NCBI GenBank assembly: GCA_964554645.1 | Contig: CAZKPK010000003.1 | Span: forward strand, 4,256-68,255 | From: an uncultured Candidatus Saccharibacteria bacterium | GTDB lineage: Bacteria > Patescibacteriota > Minisyncoccia > Phycocordibacterales > UBA9973 | DNA: 64,000 nt | Direction: 5' to 3' | Shown here: piece after piece, positions 18,656-28,480 of the stretch | Layout: each line of letters starts with the position of its first letter | Position numbering within the stretch: the stretch's first letter is position 1 | Position numbers and translations under genes: made by a program | The notes under the pieces: generated by a model | The model's input: the letters and a program-made list of their open reading frames with translations, nothing else | Databases searched by the model: none | Told to the model about the DNA's origin: nothing

Positions 18656-19759
18656 ATGCGAGAAAAAAAGATAGACAGATTTTTTCTAACCATAGCGCTA
18701 CTTCTTATTTTTATCGGGATTGCTGTTTTTGTTTCCGCATCTTTGGGAATCCTAGCCAAGAACGAAAAAACTTTTTACTCCGTGTTATTCAATCAATTAG
18801 TCCTCGGTTTCGGTTTGGGGCTGGTCGGCATGTATTTTTGTTTAAAAATTGATTATAAATTTTGGCGCAGATATTCTTTCTTGATTTTTTTAGGCTCTAT
18901 ATTATTGACGGCATTAGTTTTTGTCCCTTATTTGGGATGGAGCCACGGCGGAGCGCAGAGATGGATACAGTTCTGGGGTTTTTCTTTTCAACCAGTGGAG
19001 ATTTTAAAATTTGGATTCGTGATTTATTTTGCAGCCTGGTTATCCTGGGTAAAAAACAAAGTGCAGGATTTTAAATTTGGAATTTTGCCGTTTAGCATAA
19101 TGCTCATAATTATCGCTGTAATTTTATTTAAACAGCCAGACACCAAAAGTTTCATTTTGATTTTAGTGACGGGGATTATCATGCTTTTTATTTCTGGAGT
19201 TTCCTTGAGATATATTTTAGGACTTGGAGCGGTAACGGCAATTGCTCTGGGAATTCTTCTTTTTTTTACGCCGTATCTCCAAGAACGAATCAAAACTTTT
19301 ATTGATCCGTCGGTTGATCCGCAGGGATCTTCTTATCAAATTCAGCAGTCGCTTATCGCGTTCGGTTCAGGCGGAATATTCGGAAGGGGATTTGGCCAAA
19401 GCATCCAAAAATTCAATTATCTTCCGGAACCGCAGGGAGATTCCATTTTTGCTGTTTTTGGGGAAGAATTCGGTTTTGTCGGAGCAAGCGCGGTGATACT
19501 TCTTTACTTGCTTTTTGCTTTGCGCGGATTTCGGATTGCTAATAATTCTCCAGATCTCTTTAGTAGACTTTTAGTCTCTGGAATTGTTATACTAATTACA
19601 GTCCAGTCATTTATGCATATTGCTTCTGTTACCGGAGTTTTTCCGCTAACCGGAGTGCCGCTTCCTTTTATGAGTCATGGAGGAACTTCGCTCCTGGTAT
19701 ATCTTATAGCCATAGGCATTGTGCTAAATGTGTCAAAGTTTAGAAAAGTTAACGAGTGA
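18656..19759 (+). CDS. ftsW: SEDS peptidoglycan polymerase FtsW
   Basis: GAQRWI, FQPVE.LK, QPD, YLPEPQGDSIF, PLTGVPLPFMSHGG; between mraY and murG. Confidence 0.93.
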   Translation: MREKKIDRFFLTIALLLIFIGIAVFVSASLGILAKNEKTFYSVLFNQLVLGFGLGLVGMYFCLKIDYKFWRRYSFLIFLGSILLTALVFVPYLGWSHGGAQRWIQFWGFSFQPVEILKFGFVIYFAAWLSWVKNKVQDFKFGILPFSIMLIIIAVILFKQPDTKSFILILVTGIIMLFISGVSLRYILGLGAVTAIALGILLFFTPYLQERIKTFIDPSVDPQGSSYQIQQSLIAFGSGGIFGRGFGQSIQKFNYLPEPQGDSIFAVFGEEFGFVGASAVILLYLLFALRGFRIANNSPDLFSRLLVSGIVILITVQSFMHIASVTGVFPLTGVPLPFMSHGGTSLLVYLIAIGIVLNVSKFRKVNE

Positions 19760-19777
19760 AACGAGTATAATTTTTCT

Positions 19778-19833
19778 ACCCTGTTAAATAACTTTTGCTT
19801 CACAAAAGTTGTCCGAAGGACATTTAACAGGGT
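19778..19833. repeat. Cruciform palindromic element ACCCTGTTAAAT...ATTTAACAGGGT
   Basis: 12-bp outer arms enclosing AACTTTTG/CAAAAGTT and GTCC-GAA-GGAC hairpins. Confidence 0.75.
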
Positions 19834-19870
19834 GACATTTTAAAATCGCTTCGCTCATTTAAAATTAGTC

Positions 19871-21001
19871 ATGAAAATAGTTTTTACAGGTGGGGGGACA
19901 GGCGGGCATTTTTATCCTATTATTGCTATTGTCCAAAAGGTTAATCAAATAATTGACCGGGAAAATATATTAGGAGCAAAGCTTTATTATATTTCCGATG
20001 GTCCCTATGACAAAGAAATGCTTTCTGAGAACGGGCTTTTGTATGAAGAAGTAAGTAGTGGGAAAATGCGCACCTATTTTTCTTTTAAAAATTTTACGGA
20101 TGTTTTTAAGATTTTTTTCGGCACCCTCAATGCAATTTTTAAGATATTTTCGATTTATCCAGACATTGTTTTTGGCAAAGGCGGGTATGCTTCATTTCCA
20201 ACAATTTTAGCCGCCAGAATTTTGCATATCCCCGTTTTAATCCACGAGTCGGATTCTGTTCCCGGTCGGGTAAATAAGTGGGCCGGACATTTTGCAAAAA
20301 AAATTGCCGTTTCCTTTCTAGGAGCGGCTGATTATTTTCCGAAAAAAAAAGTCGCTTGGACGGGTCAGCCGATCAGGACTGAAATAGAAAGTCCCGCTCC
20401 CAGAAAAGAGGCGTTTAAATATTTTAAATTGGAAGAAGACATACCGGTTATTTTAGTTTTGGGAGGCTCTCAGGGCGCCGAACTTGTTAATAATACTATT
20501 TTGGATGCATTGCCGAGGCTGGTCAATAATTATCAAATTATCCATCAAACCGGTGTCAGGAATTTTGACATGGTTGCAAATAGAGCTGAAGTGGTGCTGG
20601 CTGACAATCAGTATAAATTAAGATATTTATCTATGCCTTTCCTTGGTCCTTTGCCTCTGAAAATGGCTGCTGGCGTAGCGACCATCGTTGTTTCCAGAGC
20701 TGGTTCAATGTTGTTTGAAATAGCCTCTTGGGGTGTGCCGTCCATTTTGATACCGATAACCAATACAAATATGGATCATCAGAAAAAAAACGCTTTTAAT
20801 TATGCTCGAGCGGGAGCTTGCAGCGTGATTGAAGAAATGAATATGACGGCTAATATTTTGAGTTCAGAAATTGAAAGAATTACCGGGGACAAGGCAAACT
20901 ATGAAGCGATGACGCGAAACGCCAAAGCTTTCAATAAACCCGATGCCGCCATGAAAATTGCCCGCGTGTTAGTGGATGTAGCTTTGAGCCACGAGAAATA
21001 A
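19871..21001 (+). CDS. murG: MurG glycosyltransferase
   Basis: GGGTGGH, GKGGYAS, GGSQGA, SRAGS, HQKKNA. Confidence 0.96.
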   Translation: MKIVFTGGGTGGHFYPIIAIVQKVNQIIDRENILGAKLYYISDGPYDKEMLSENGLLYEEVSSGKMRTYFSFKNFTDVFKIFFGTLNAIFKIFSIYPDIVFGKGGYASFPTILAARILHIPVLIHESDSVPGRVNKWAGHFAKKIAVSFLGAADYFPKKKVAWTGQPIRTEIESPAPRKEAFKYFKLEEDIPVILVLGGSQGAELVNNTILDALPRLVNNYQIIHQTGVRNFDMVANRAEVVLADNQYKLRYLSMPFLGPLPLKMAAGVATIVVSRAGSMLFEIASWGVPSILIPITNTNMDHQKKNAFNYARAGACSVIEEMNMTANILSSEIERITGDKANYEAMTRNAKAFNKPDAAMKIARVLVDVALSHEK

Positions 21002-21017
21002 ATGCTAAAATGTCCAC

Positions 21018-22325
21018 ATGGACACCAAAGTTGTAACTAGATTCGCGCCGTCGCCGACGGGTCAGTTTCATTTGGGCGGGGTTCGTTCGGCTCTGTATAA
21101 TTATCTTTTTGCCAAGCAAAATAAAGGCGTGTATATACTTCGCAGTGAAGATACCGACAAAGAACGGTCTAAAAAAGAGTATGAAGATGGTTTTTTAGAA
21201 CTTTTTGAGTGGTTGGGATTAAAACCGGACCAGTTTTTCAGGCAATCGGAACGAACAGAAATATATAAAAAATATCTGGAAAAAATGATTGCGGATGGTT
21301 TTGCTTATGTTTCAAAAGAAGAAATAAAAGAAGCAGGGCAGAGGAGTGAAGTAATTCGTTTTAAGAATCCAAACAAAAAAATCATTTTCAGTGATCTTGT
21401 TTTGGGCGAAATTAGTTTTGACACAACAGATTTGAAAGATTTCGTGATTGCCAGAAGTCTGACTGAACCGCTCTATCATTTGACGGTGGTGGTGGATGAT
21501 TATGAAATGGCAGTCACTCATGTCATACGCGGACAGGAGCATATTGCCAATACGCCACGGCAGATCCTTATTCAGGAAGCCATCGGTGCAAAACGACCAT
21601 TTTACGCTCATCTGCCTCTTATTTTAGGCAAAGACCGGGCGAAACTTTCCAAGAGGGATCCGGAAGTAATACCCGCTTTGGAATATAGGGATTTAGGGTA
21701 TTTACCGGCAGCCATTATAAATTTTATGGCGCTGATTGGATGGAATCCCGGCGGAGAACAGGAAATTTTCACGCTTGCCGAACTTATAGAGAAATTTGAT
21801 ATACATAAAATACAAAAAAGCGGGGGAGTGTTTAATTCTGAAAAACTTGATTGGATTAACAAAGAGCATATGAAATTGCTTCCGGCAAAGGAAATAGAAA
21901 AAAATATTTTAAAACGATTGCCGGAAAATATGCGAAATCCTAAACTTGTTCCGGTTATTTTTGAACGGATTGCAAAATGGGACGATATAAGAGAAATGGT
22001 TCAAAGAGGGGAGTTGAATTTCTTTTTTCAACATCCGGAATATTCAAAAGAAAAACTTTTATATAAAAATTCTTCGCCGAAGAAAATTGCTGACAATTTA
22101 AAATTAGCGATTAAGGCTCTAGAAGAATTGAGTGAAAAAGATTTTATAAAAGAAAATATAAAAAAGGTTTTGTTGAAAGTGGCTGATGATTTAGAGAACC
22201 GAGGCGAATTGCTGCACCCTGCGCGTTTCGCGTTATCAGGTCTAGATCAATCTCCAGACCCTTTTACCATAGCAGAGATTTTAGGAAGAAATGAAACTTT
22301 GTCCAGATTACAAAAAGCTGTTTAG
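21018..22325 (+). CDS. gltX: Glutamyl-tRNA synthetase
   Basis: TRFAPSPTG.FHLGG, VTHVIRGQEH, KLSKR. Confidence 0.96.
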   Translation: MDTKVVTRFAPSPTGQFHLGGVRSALYNYLFAKQNKGVYILRSEDTDKERSKKEYEDGFLELFEWLGLKPDQFFRQSERTEIYKKYLEKMIADGFAYVSKEEIKEAGQRSEVIRFKNPNKKIIFSDLVLGEISFDTTDLKDFVIARSLTEPLYHLTVVVDDYEMAVTHVIRGQEHIANTPRQILIQEAIGAKRPFYAHLPLILGKDRAKLSKRDPEVIPALEYRDLGYLPAAIINFMALIGWNPGGEQEIFTLAELIEKFDIHKIQKSGGVFNSEKLDWINKEHMKLLPAKEIEKNILKRLPENMRNPKLVPVIFERIAKWDDIREMVQRGELNFFFQHPEYSKEKLLYKNSSPKKIADNLKLAIKALEELSEKDFIKENIKKVLLKVADDLENRGELLHPARFALSGLDQSPDPFTIAEILGRNETLSRLQKAV

Positions 22326-23580
22326 CATAATAGTTTTTATAACTTTGGTCACAGCGCCATTGATGTTTTCTTCTGCGCAGACGGTCGTTGATTTGCAAAA
22401 TAAAATCAGCCAAAAAAATTCCGATATAGATACCTTGGAACAAGAAATAGCGGCTTTTCAATCACAACTTGATAACTTGGGAAAACAAAAAAACTCTCTG
22501 AATAAATCAATCCAAGAACTCGATTTGACCCGGAAAAAATTAAATGCGGATATTGCTGTAACGCAAAAAAAAATTGATAAAACAAATTTCGAAATACAGG
22601 GCTTGAGTTCCGATATAAGCAGTAAAGAGAAATCTATTTCCAACAACATAGAATCTATCTCTCTGGGCATTAGGAATACGAATGAATTTGAAGAAAGCAA
22701 CATACTGGCCACTTTATTATCGGAAAATGATTTCACTGTTATTTGGAATGATCTAGATAATATAGCCGCTATTCGTGAAAAAATCAGAGATCATATAATT
22801 GAATTAAAACAAATAAAAGGTGAATTGGAAGATACCAGAAAAGAAACTATTGATGCGAAAAATGAACTTATTTTTCTTAAGTCCAAACTTGCGGATCAGC
22901 ATAAAATGGTAGTGCAAAACGCAAATGAAAAAAGCAAACTGTTAAAACAGACAAAAAACAATGAAGCTAATTACCAAAAATTGCTCAAAGACCGGCTTGC
23001 CAAAAAGGATGCGTTTGAGAAAGAACTGCGCGATTACGAAGCGCAATTGCAGTTTACTCTTGACCCATCCAAGCTTCCTTCCGCCGGAGTCCTAAGCTGG
23101 CCGCTCGATAAAATATACGTTACGCAAATGTTCGGGAAAACAGCTGATTCAAAAAGGCTTTATACTTCGGGAAGCCATAGCGGCACGGATTTTCGGGCCT
23201 CGGTTGGCACTCCAGTGAAAGCGATGGCCGATGGAGTAGTTTTGGGCACTGGCAATACTGATGATACCTGTGTTGGCACATCATTTGGCAAATGGATACT
23301 TATAAAATATAATAACGGTCTGGCAAGCGCTTATGGGCATTTATCTCTGATAAAGGCATTTGAGGGGCAGAAGGTGGCAAAAGGAGATGTTGTGGGTTAC
23401 AGCGGCAATACGGGGCATACAACAGGACCCCATCTGCATGTGTCGGTTTATGCGGGTAATGCGGTTAGCGTGCAAAAAAGGCCAAGCACGACCTGTGAGG
23501 GCAGGGTATATATTATGCCGATCGCTCCCGTTAATGCTTATTTTGACCCGCTTTATTATTTGCCAAAGTTGCCTTATTAG
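22291..23580 (+). CDS. Coiled-coil M23 peptidase (murein hydrolase activator-like)
   Basis: Signal/TM, long coiled coil, HSGTD and TTGPHLH Zn motifs. Confidence 0.9.
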   Translation: MKLCPDYKKLFSIIVFITLVTAPLMFSSAQTVVDLQNKISQKNSDIDTLEQEIAAFQSQLDNLGKQKNSLNKSIQELDLTRKKLNADIAVTQKKIDKTNFEIQGLSSDISSKEKSISNNIESISLGIRNTNEFEESNILATLLSENDFTVIWNDLDNIAAIREKIRDHIIELKQIKGELEDTRKETIDAKNELIFLKSKLADQHKMVVQNANEKSKLLKQTKNNEANYQKLLKDRLAKKDAFEKELRDYEAQLQFTLDPSKLPSAGVLSWPLDKIYVTQMFGKTADSKRLYTSGSHSGTDFRASVGTPVKAMADGVVLGTGNTDDTCVGTSFGKWILIKYNNGLASAYGHLSLIKAFEGQKVAKGDVVGYSGNTGHTTGPHLHVSVYAGNAVSVQKRPSTTCEGRVYIMPIAPVNAYFDPLYYLPKLPY

Positions 23581-23682
23581 TTAAAATAAAAAAGTAAATA
23601 TAAAATTTTTCTGGGAGCAAAAAAGAATCCAGTTGCTCCAGGCGAAAAACTTTATATTTACTTTTTTAAAAAAATTTAAGTT

Positions 23683-24378
23683 ATGGAAAAAAATTTGCCA
23701 AACAAAGGTAAAAATCTGGTAATAAAAGTTAAGGAAAAAAGTTACGAGCGTATTCCGATAAAAACGCACGTCATTACAAAAAATGATGAAATAATTGACG
23801 TTGCGCTTAAATACGCCAGTCCGCGCCTCAAGGAGAATGATCTTGTTTTTATAAGCGAGAGGGTAGTGGCGATTACCCAAGACAGAGCATTTCCTATAAA
23901 AGATATCCATCCCTCCGGTTTGGCAAAATTTTTAGTTAAATTTGTGCGCAAGTCGCCTCACGGAATCGGGCTTGGCAGTCCGTGGACGATGGAACTAGCC
24001 ATCAGAGACGCTGGCGCAACGAGAATACTTTTCGCGGCTCTTTGTTCCGCCTTCACCAAACCATTTGGCTGGAGGGGCGTATTTTATAAAGTTGTCGGCA
24101 GAAATATTAATGCCATTGATGGTCCGTGTTCCTATACGATTGCGCCTTATAATGAATACGCCAAATTAGGACCGTCTAATCCAGATAAAGTTGCCAGAGA
24201 TATTAAATCTAAAATAAAAAATGATTGCGTGATAATTGATGCTAACGATCTTGGAGTGAATGTTTTGGGCCGTTCAAATGAGAAAACATCAAACGCCTTT
24301 TGCGCTGCGGTGTTTAAGGATAATCCCTTGGGACAAGCGTCAGAGCAGACGCCTATTTGCATTGTCCGAGCCTTATAG
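23683..24378 (+). CDS. CofE/F420:gamma-glutamyl ligase-like protein
   Basis: PIKTHVI, FISERVVAITQ, AIDGP, IIDANDLG, DNPLGQ.SEQTP. Confidence 0.75.
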   Translation: MEKNLPNKGKNLVIKVKEKSYERIPIKTHVITKNDEIIDVALKYASPRLKENDLVFISERVVAITQDRAFPIKDIHPSGLAKFLVKFVRKSPHGIGLGSPWTMELAIRDAGATRILFAALCSAFTKPFGWRGVFYKVVGRNINAIDGPCSYTIAPYNEYAKLGPSNPDKVARDIKSKIKNDCVIIDANDLGVNVLGRSNEKTSNAFCAAVFKDNPLGQASEQTPICIVRAL

Positions 24379-24397
24379 TTTATGATAAAATGAAGCT

Positions 24398-24634
24398 ATG
24401 AAAAATATTAAAAAAATACCAGCCCAAGGCTGGTCCGCCTCAGGCGGAAAAAATAAAAAAAGCGGCTTTTTAAAATTAATCATTGTTATAATCATTGCTC
24501 TTCTTTTGATGCGTTATTTTCATATTACCATATCCGACATTTTAAATTATTTTCAGCTTTCTTGGTCTGAAGTTATCGATTGGCTCAAAAAGGCTCTAAA
24601 CTGGCTCAAAGATTTATTTAATAGTGTGAAGTAA
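24398..24634 (+). CDS. Small membrane protein with in-frame REP insertion (PAQGWSASGG)
   Basis: KSGFLKLIIVIIIALLL TM segment; 30-bp palindrome at 24419-24448. Confidence 0.7.
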   Translation: MKNIKKIPAQGWSASGGKNKKSGFLKLIIVIIIALLLMRYFHITISDILNYFQLSWSEVIDWLKKALNWLKDLFNSVK

Positions 24635-24647
24635 GATTTAAAATTGG

Positions 24648-24728
24648 AACACAGATTGTGCGAGCATTAAAATAATGTCGCACAATCTGTGTTATCTTTT
24701 AGGTCGTATATATACGACCTAAAAGATA
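24648..24728. repeat. Tandem palindromes between convergent genes
   Basis: 16-bp arms AACACAGATTGTGCGA/TCGCACAATCTGTGTT, then a perfect 36-bp palindrome TATCTTTTAGGTCGTATATATACGACCTAAAAGATA. Confidence 0.85.
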
Positions 24729-24746
24729 TATTGTGCGACGTGGATT

Positions 24747-25151
24747 CTATCTGCACGAGTTCGAAAGCTCATATCCGGCCTTTTGCGCCTCTTCCCCTGT
24801 CGCGAAATAAACTCTATTTTCTTGTTTGATAGTTTTGCCGGCCGAACAGCCGATGGAATAATATTTTATTCCTCTATTTGAGGCAAAGAAATTTTTTCCA
24901 GCAGAATTTGAAATTATTGGAGAAATTTTTGTATCTATCCCTAATGAATTTTGAGACAAAATGGCGTTTGCAGATTGGTTTTCTGTTTGGTCTGGATATT
25001 CTATTTTTATGCCTGAAGCAGTATTTTCTTTAGATAATCTGCCCAATTCAAACGAGCTCAAACCCACTAGGATAACAATAATGACAATTAAAATATCTTT
25101 TCCCTTCTCGGATTCTATCCAGTTTTTTATGATTGGCTTGATTTTTTCCAT
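24747..25151 (-). CDS. Membrane-anchored protein with Ada-like metal-binding C-terminal domain
   Basis: TM + SFELGRLS; FFASNRG.KYY..GC....IKQENRVYF.T.EEA.KAGY...C. Confidence 0.75.
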   Translation of the reverse strand: MEKIKPIIKNWIESEKGKDILIVIIVILVGLSSFELGRLSKENTASGIKIEYPDQTENQSANAILSQNSLGIDTKISPIISNSAGKNFFASNRGIKYYSIGCSAGKTIKQENRVYFATGEEAQKAGYELSNSCR

Positions 25152-25230
25152 AGAATGAATTATACTTGATTTTGTTATTGCATTATATAATAACTAGCTC
25201 CCAGAAGCTATAACTTAGAACCTAATTTAT

Positions 25231-25506
25231 ATGGCACATAGAAAAGCCGGCGGGACCGCCAAAAACTTAAGAGATTCGCAACCTAAATACCTCGGTATTA
25301 AGCTTTCCGACGGGCAAAAAGCCCAATCTGGTTCTATTATCGTTCGTCAACGCGGAACAGTTGTTATGGCTGGCAATAATGTCGGTTTAGGCAAAGATCA
25401 CACTCTTTTTGCTCTCAAAAACGGCACCGTCAAATTCGGCTCTAGACGCAAAATTTCTTTTAACGGCAAAACCGCAGTCAAAAAAGTGGTGAATGTTGTA
25501 ATCTAA
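25231..25506 (+). CDS. rpmA: 50S ribosomal protein L27
   Basis: [32 protein letters not shown]. Confidence 0.98.
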   Translation: MAHRKAGGTAKNLRDSQPKYLGIKLSDGQKAQSGSIIVRQRGTVVMAGNNVGLGKDHTLFALKNGTVKFGSRRKISFNGKTAVKKVVNVVI

Positions 25507-25520
25507 TACATAGGAGTTTC

Positions 25521-26339
25521 CTATGTATTTCTAAATAATTGTGTCGCGGAAGGTAATTTTTCCGGCGCGCCAGTTTTTTTATGCAATCTTATAACTGTTG
25601 GAGTTACCTGAATATCAATTTCCGGGAATCTGTCTCTAATAGCAGTTGCCCAGTTTTCTATTTTTGTTGTTATTGTCGTGTTGCTTAAATCTGCAATATA
25701 ATTGTATTGAATAAACATAAGACCATTTACATTTAATATATTGTACCAATTTCTGAAGATACGGTCTAAAATGGCCGGATTTTTATTAATGTAATCAAGG
25801 GGGTTTACCATTCTAGATATTATTAAATCGATTTTATTTGCGCCAAGTTTCTGGATAACCTTGATAAGGACCTCAGTATTTATTGGGTCTGTTATATTTC
25901 CTGTTATTACAGAGTGATTCCTTCCTTCGTCTTCTTCTTTTTGTTTTTCTTCTCGTATATCCTTCAAACAGACACCCACTGTTTGTCTAAAAAAAAGAGG
26001 TGTAAAACCTCTAAAGAGTCGAGACCCAGGTCCACCAAACTCTGCCGCGCATAAATCTTGTTTTTTTCCTTTGGGAGTCAGTGTTTTTTCTATGTATTCT
26101 TTTAAAATTTTTTCTGTGTTATTTTTTGAACTATCCACTAAATTTGTCCAGTTGGGTAAGGATTGTAAAAAAGTATGTCCGAATCCTTCAAATCCTTCAA
26201 GACGTGAATCGTAGATAGGCCATTCTTCTTCTTTATGAGAGTATCCTCCAGTTTCTCCCACGGTTTCTTTTGTTAGATTCTGGTTTATCTTTAAGGCTTT
26301 TCTTATTTCTCCAATTTTAACTTTTATTCCTTCTTTCAT
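25521..26339 (-). CDS. Hypothetical protein, possibly SAM-methyltransferase-like fold
   Basis: AAEFGGPG glycine loop, IDLIISR, WYNILNVNG; weak resemblance only. Confidence 0.55.
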   Translation of the reverse strand: MKEGIKVKIGEIRKALKINQNLTKETVGETGGYSHKEEEWPIYDSRLEGFEGFGHTFLQSLPNWTNLVDSSKNNTEKILKEYIEKTLTPKGKKQDLCAAEFGGPGSRLFRGFTPLFFRQTVGVCLKDIREEKQKEEDEGRNHSVITGNITDPINTEVLIKVIQKLGANKIDLIISRMVNPLDYINKNPAILDRIFRNWYNILNVNGLMFIQYNYIADLSNTTITTKIENWATAIRDRFPEIDIQVTPTVIRLHKKTGAPEKLPSATQLFRNT

Positions 26340-26418
26340 AGTTTTTTATTTTACTTTATTTAACTAAAGTAATTATATTATCAGAAACATTGTTAGGTTT
26401 TTCCGTCATCTTTCAATC

Positions 26419-26892
26419 TTAAATTTTTTCCACCATTAGTTTAAACGAAGATTTTTTACCTTTTCCGCCAGAGGCGGACCCGCCTTGGGCGGGGATTTCT
26501 ACTGGAATTTCATGTTCCCCTATCGCTTTAATTGGTTTTTCTAAAACAATAAATTCCTCGCCAATATCCGCGTGATTTTGTTCTTTCATCGCTTCGATAA
26601 TTTCTTTCTTGTGAATGGCGGAAAAAAGATGTCCCAGCTCATTTGCTTTTCCTTTTAGGGTAATAGTTTTGCCTTTTATTTCTTCCAAATTTTTTAGGAG
26701 CAAACTTTCCCGCACTTCCCTTTCAATCGTGATCTCCTTTTTGCGCATTTCAAGCTCTGCCACAGCCTTTGGTGTGGCGACGACAGCCAATTTTTTAGGC
26801 AACAAAAAATTTACCGCATAGCCGTCGTTGACTTCCTTTAGGTCATACTTTTTCCCCACTCTTGGTATATCTTGTAAAAATATTATTCGCAT
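26419..26892 (-). CDS. rplI: 50S ribosomal protein L9 with in-frame REP insertion
   Basis: VNDGYAVNFLLPKKLAV.AT, G.LFSAI, PIKAIGEH; PAQGGSASGG encoded by 26464-26493. Confidence 0.96.
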   Translation of the reverse strand: MRIIFLQDIPRVGKKYDLKEVNDGYAVNFLLPKKLAVVATPKAVAELEMRKKEITIEREVRESLLLKNLEEIKGKTITLKGKANELGHLFSAIHKKEIIEAMKEQNHADIGEEFIVLEKPIKAIGEHEIPVEIPAQGGSASGGKGKKSSFKLMVEKI

Positions 26893-26949
26893 TGAATTAG
26901 TTGCTAGTGGCTAGAGATTTTTAATTCTCTAAAACCTAGAAACTAGAAC

Positions 26950-28188
26950 CTAATTACTTAATAATAACTCCACTGCTTTAGCCAATTGCGGATCCCCGCC
27001 TGCATCGCCTTGCGAAGCATTGCGGGCAGGCTTTTTATTTTCTACTACATAATCTGGAGTCAATCCCTTTTCGGAGATAGAAGTTCCATTAGGCGTGAGC
27101 CATTTAGCGACTGTAATTTTTAAAAGAGTATCCGGGGTGACTTTTATTGCCTCCTGCACAGAACCTTTGCCGAAACTTTGGCTGCCTACGATTTTTGCCC
27201 GTCCGTGGTCTTGCATCGCGCCAGCCACAATTTCCGATGCTGAAGCAGATCCGCCATCTATTAGAATAACAAATTTCAATTTGTCATTAAACACATTGTA
27301 ACCCTTGCTTCTGAATATTTCCGTTTTTTTGTCATCCCCGTAATCTTCCGTTACAACGGTTTTCCCATTTGGCAAAAACCAACTTGATATATCTATGGCC
27401 GAATCCAAATATCCGCCGGGATTTCCCCGCAAATCCAAGAGTAATTTTTCTGTTCCAGATTCTGCAAAACTTCTAATTGCATTGCGGAAAAGACCTGATG
27501 AGTTAGCAGAAAAACTATAAAGCTTTATTACAAAAATACCATCCGACCGGAGCTCTGTATCAAGAGTCGGTATATTGATGATATCGCGCACTATTTTTAT
27601 TTCTATTGGTTCCTTATCCCCTTCGCGAAAAATGGTGAGCGTGACTGTCGTTCCTTTTTCTCCCCTGATCAATTTAATTGCTTTTTCAATATCCAATCCT
27701 GAAGTAACCGTTTTATCAATTTTAAGAATTTTATCGCCCGGCTTGATATTCGCCCTGTAAGCGGGAGTATCTTTAAGCGGAGCAATAACTGTCAGGATCT
27801 TGTCTTTTATGCCAACTTCCATGCCAATTCCCGTGAAATTACCAGCTATTTCTTCCTCAAAAGCCTTGGCGTCGTCTGGATTGAAAAATACGCTGTATGG
27901 GTCATCTAACGAGCTTACAAGACCTGCAATAGCGCCATAAACCCTGTTCTGATCGGTTATTTTGTCAGCCTTCGGATATTTTTCATTGATAGCATTCCAA
28001 ACCTTCCAAAAAGGAGAAAAATCTGTCTCTGTTGCAACTTGCGCTTCTTTATTGGAGAGACCTATAATTTTGTCTATTTCTGGGCGATTGCGATCACCTA
28101 CATATACGCCTCCCAAAAAAGTGAGAAAAAAAAGAACAAGGAGGAAAATGACAGTGGCAATGTGTCTTGTTTTTAAAAAGTTTTGCAT
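26950..28188 (-). CDS. ctpA: C-terminal processing peptidase S41A (PDZ)
   Basis: LDLRGNPGG, SASASEIVAGA, SFGKGSVQ, WLTPNG. Confidence 0.95.
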   Translation of the reverse strand: MQNFLKTRHIATVIFLLVLFFLTFLGGVYVGDRNRPEIDKIIGLSNKEAQVATETDFSPFWKVWNAINEKYPKADKITDQNRVYGAIAGLVSSLDDPYSVFFNPDDAKAFEEEIAGNFTGIGMEVGIKDKILTVIAPLKDTPAYRANIKPGDKILKIDKTVTSGLDIEKAIKLIRGEKGTTVTLTIFREGDKEPIEIKIVRDIINIPTLDTELRSDGIFVIKLYSFSANSSGLFRNAIRSFAESGTEKLLLDLRGNPGGYLDSAIDISSWFLPNGKTVVTEDYGDDKKTEIFRSKGYNVFNDKLKFVILIDGGSASASEIVAGAMQDHGRAKIVGSQSFGKGSVQEAIKVTPDTLLKITVAKWLTPNGTSISEKGLTPDYVVENKKPARNASQGDAGGDPQLAKAVELLLSN

Positions 28189-28200
28189 TATTAGATATTA

Positions 28201-28425
28201 TTATATTTCTCCTTCGTTAAAAAACTTATTTTCTGAAAAATTATCAAAAGTTTTTTCTTCTTCGATTTCCCGTATTTTAGATTCCTTATACAACACGAAG
28301 CTTATATATATAAGCCCAAATCCGGAAAGAGTGATTAGAATATCCTTCCAGGAATATGGAAAACCCAAGTATGGCAACACTGCCACCCAAACTCCCAGTA
28401 TCAAAAGTATATACGCTTTACGCAT
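28201..28425 (-). CDS. Small two-TM membrane protein
   Basis: LLILGVWVAVLPYLGFP.SWK; sits between PBP2 and ctpA genes. Confidence 0.75.
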   Translation of the reverse strand: MRKAYILLILGVWVAVLPYLGFPYSWKDILITLSGFGLIYISFVLYKESKIREIEEEKTFDNFSENKFFNEGEI

Positions 28426-28480
28426 AAATATATTATATCAAAAAACTAAGGGCATATGCAAGTTTGTGTCATATTGTAGT

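Noticed and set aside
26895-26952. Short CTAGAA(A/C) heptamer-like repeats between rplI and ctpA
   Set aside because: Only 2-3 degenerate units; too weak to call a feature.
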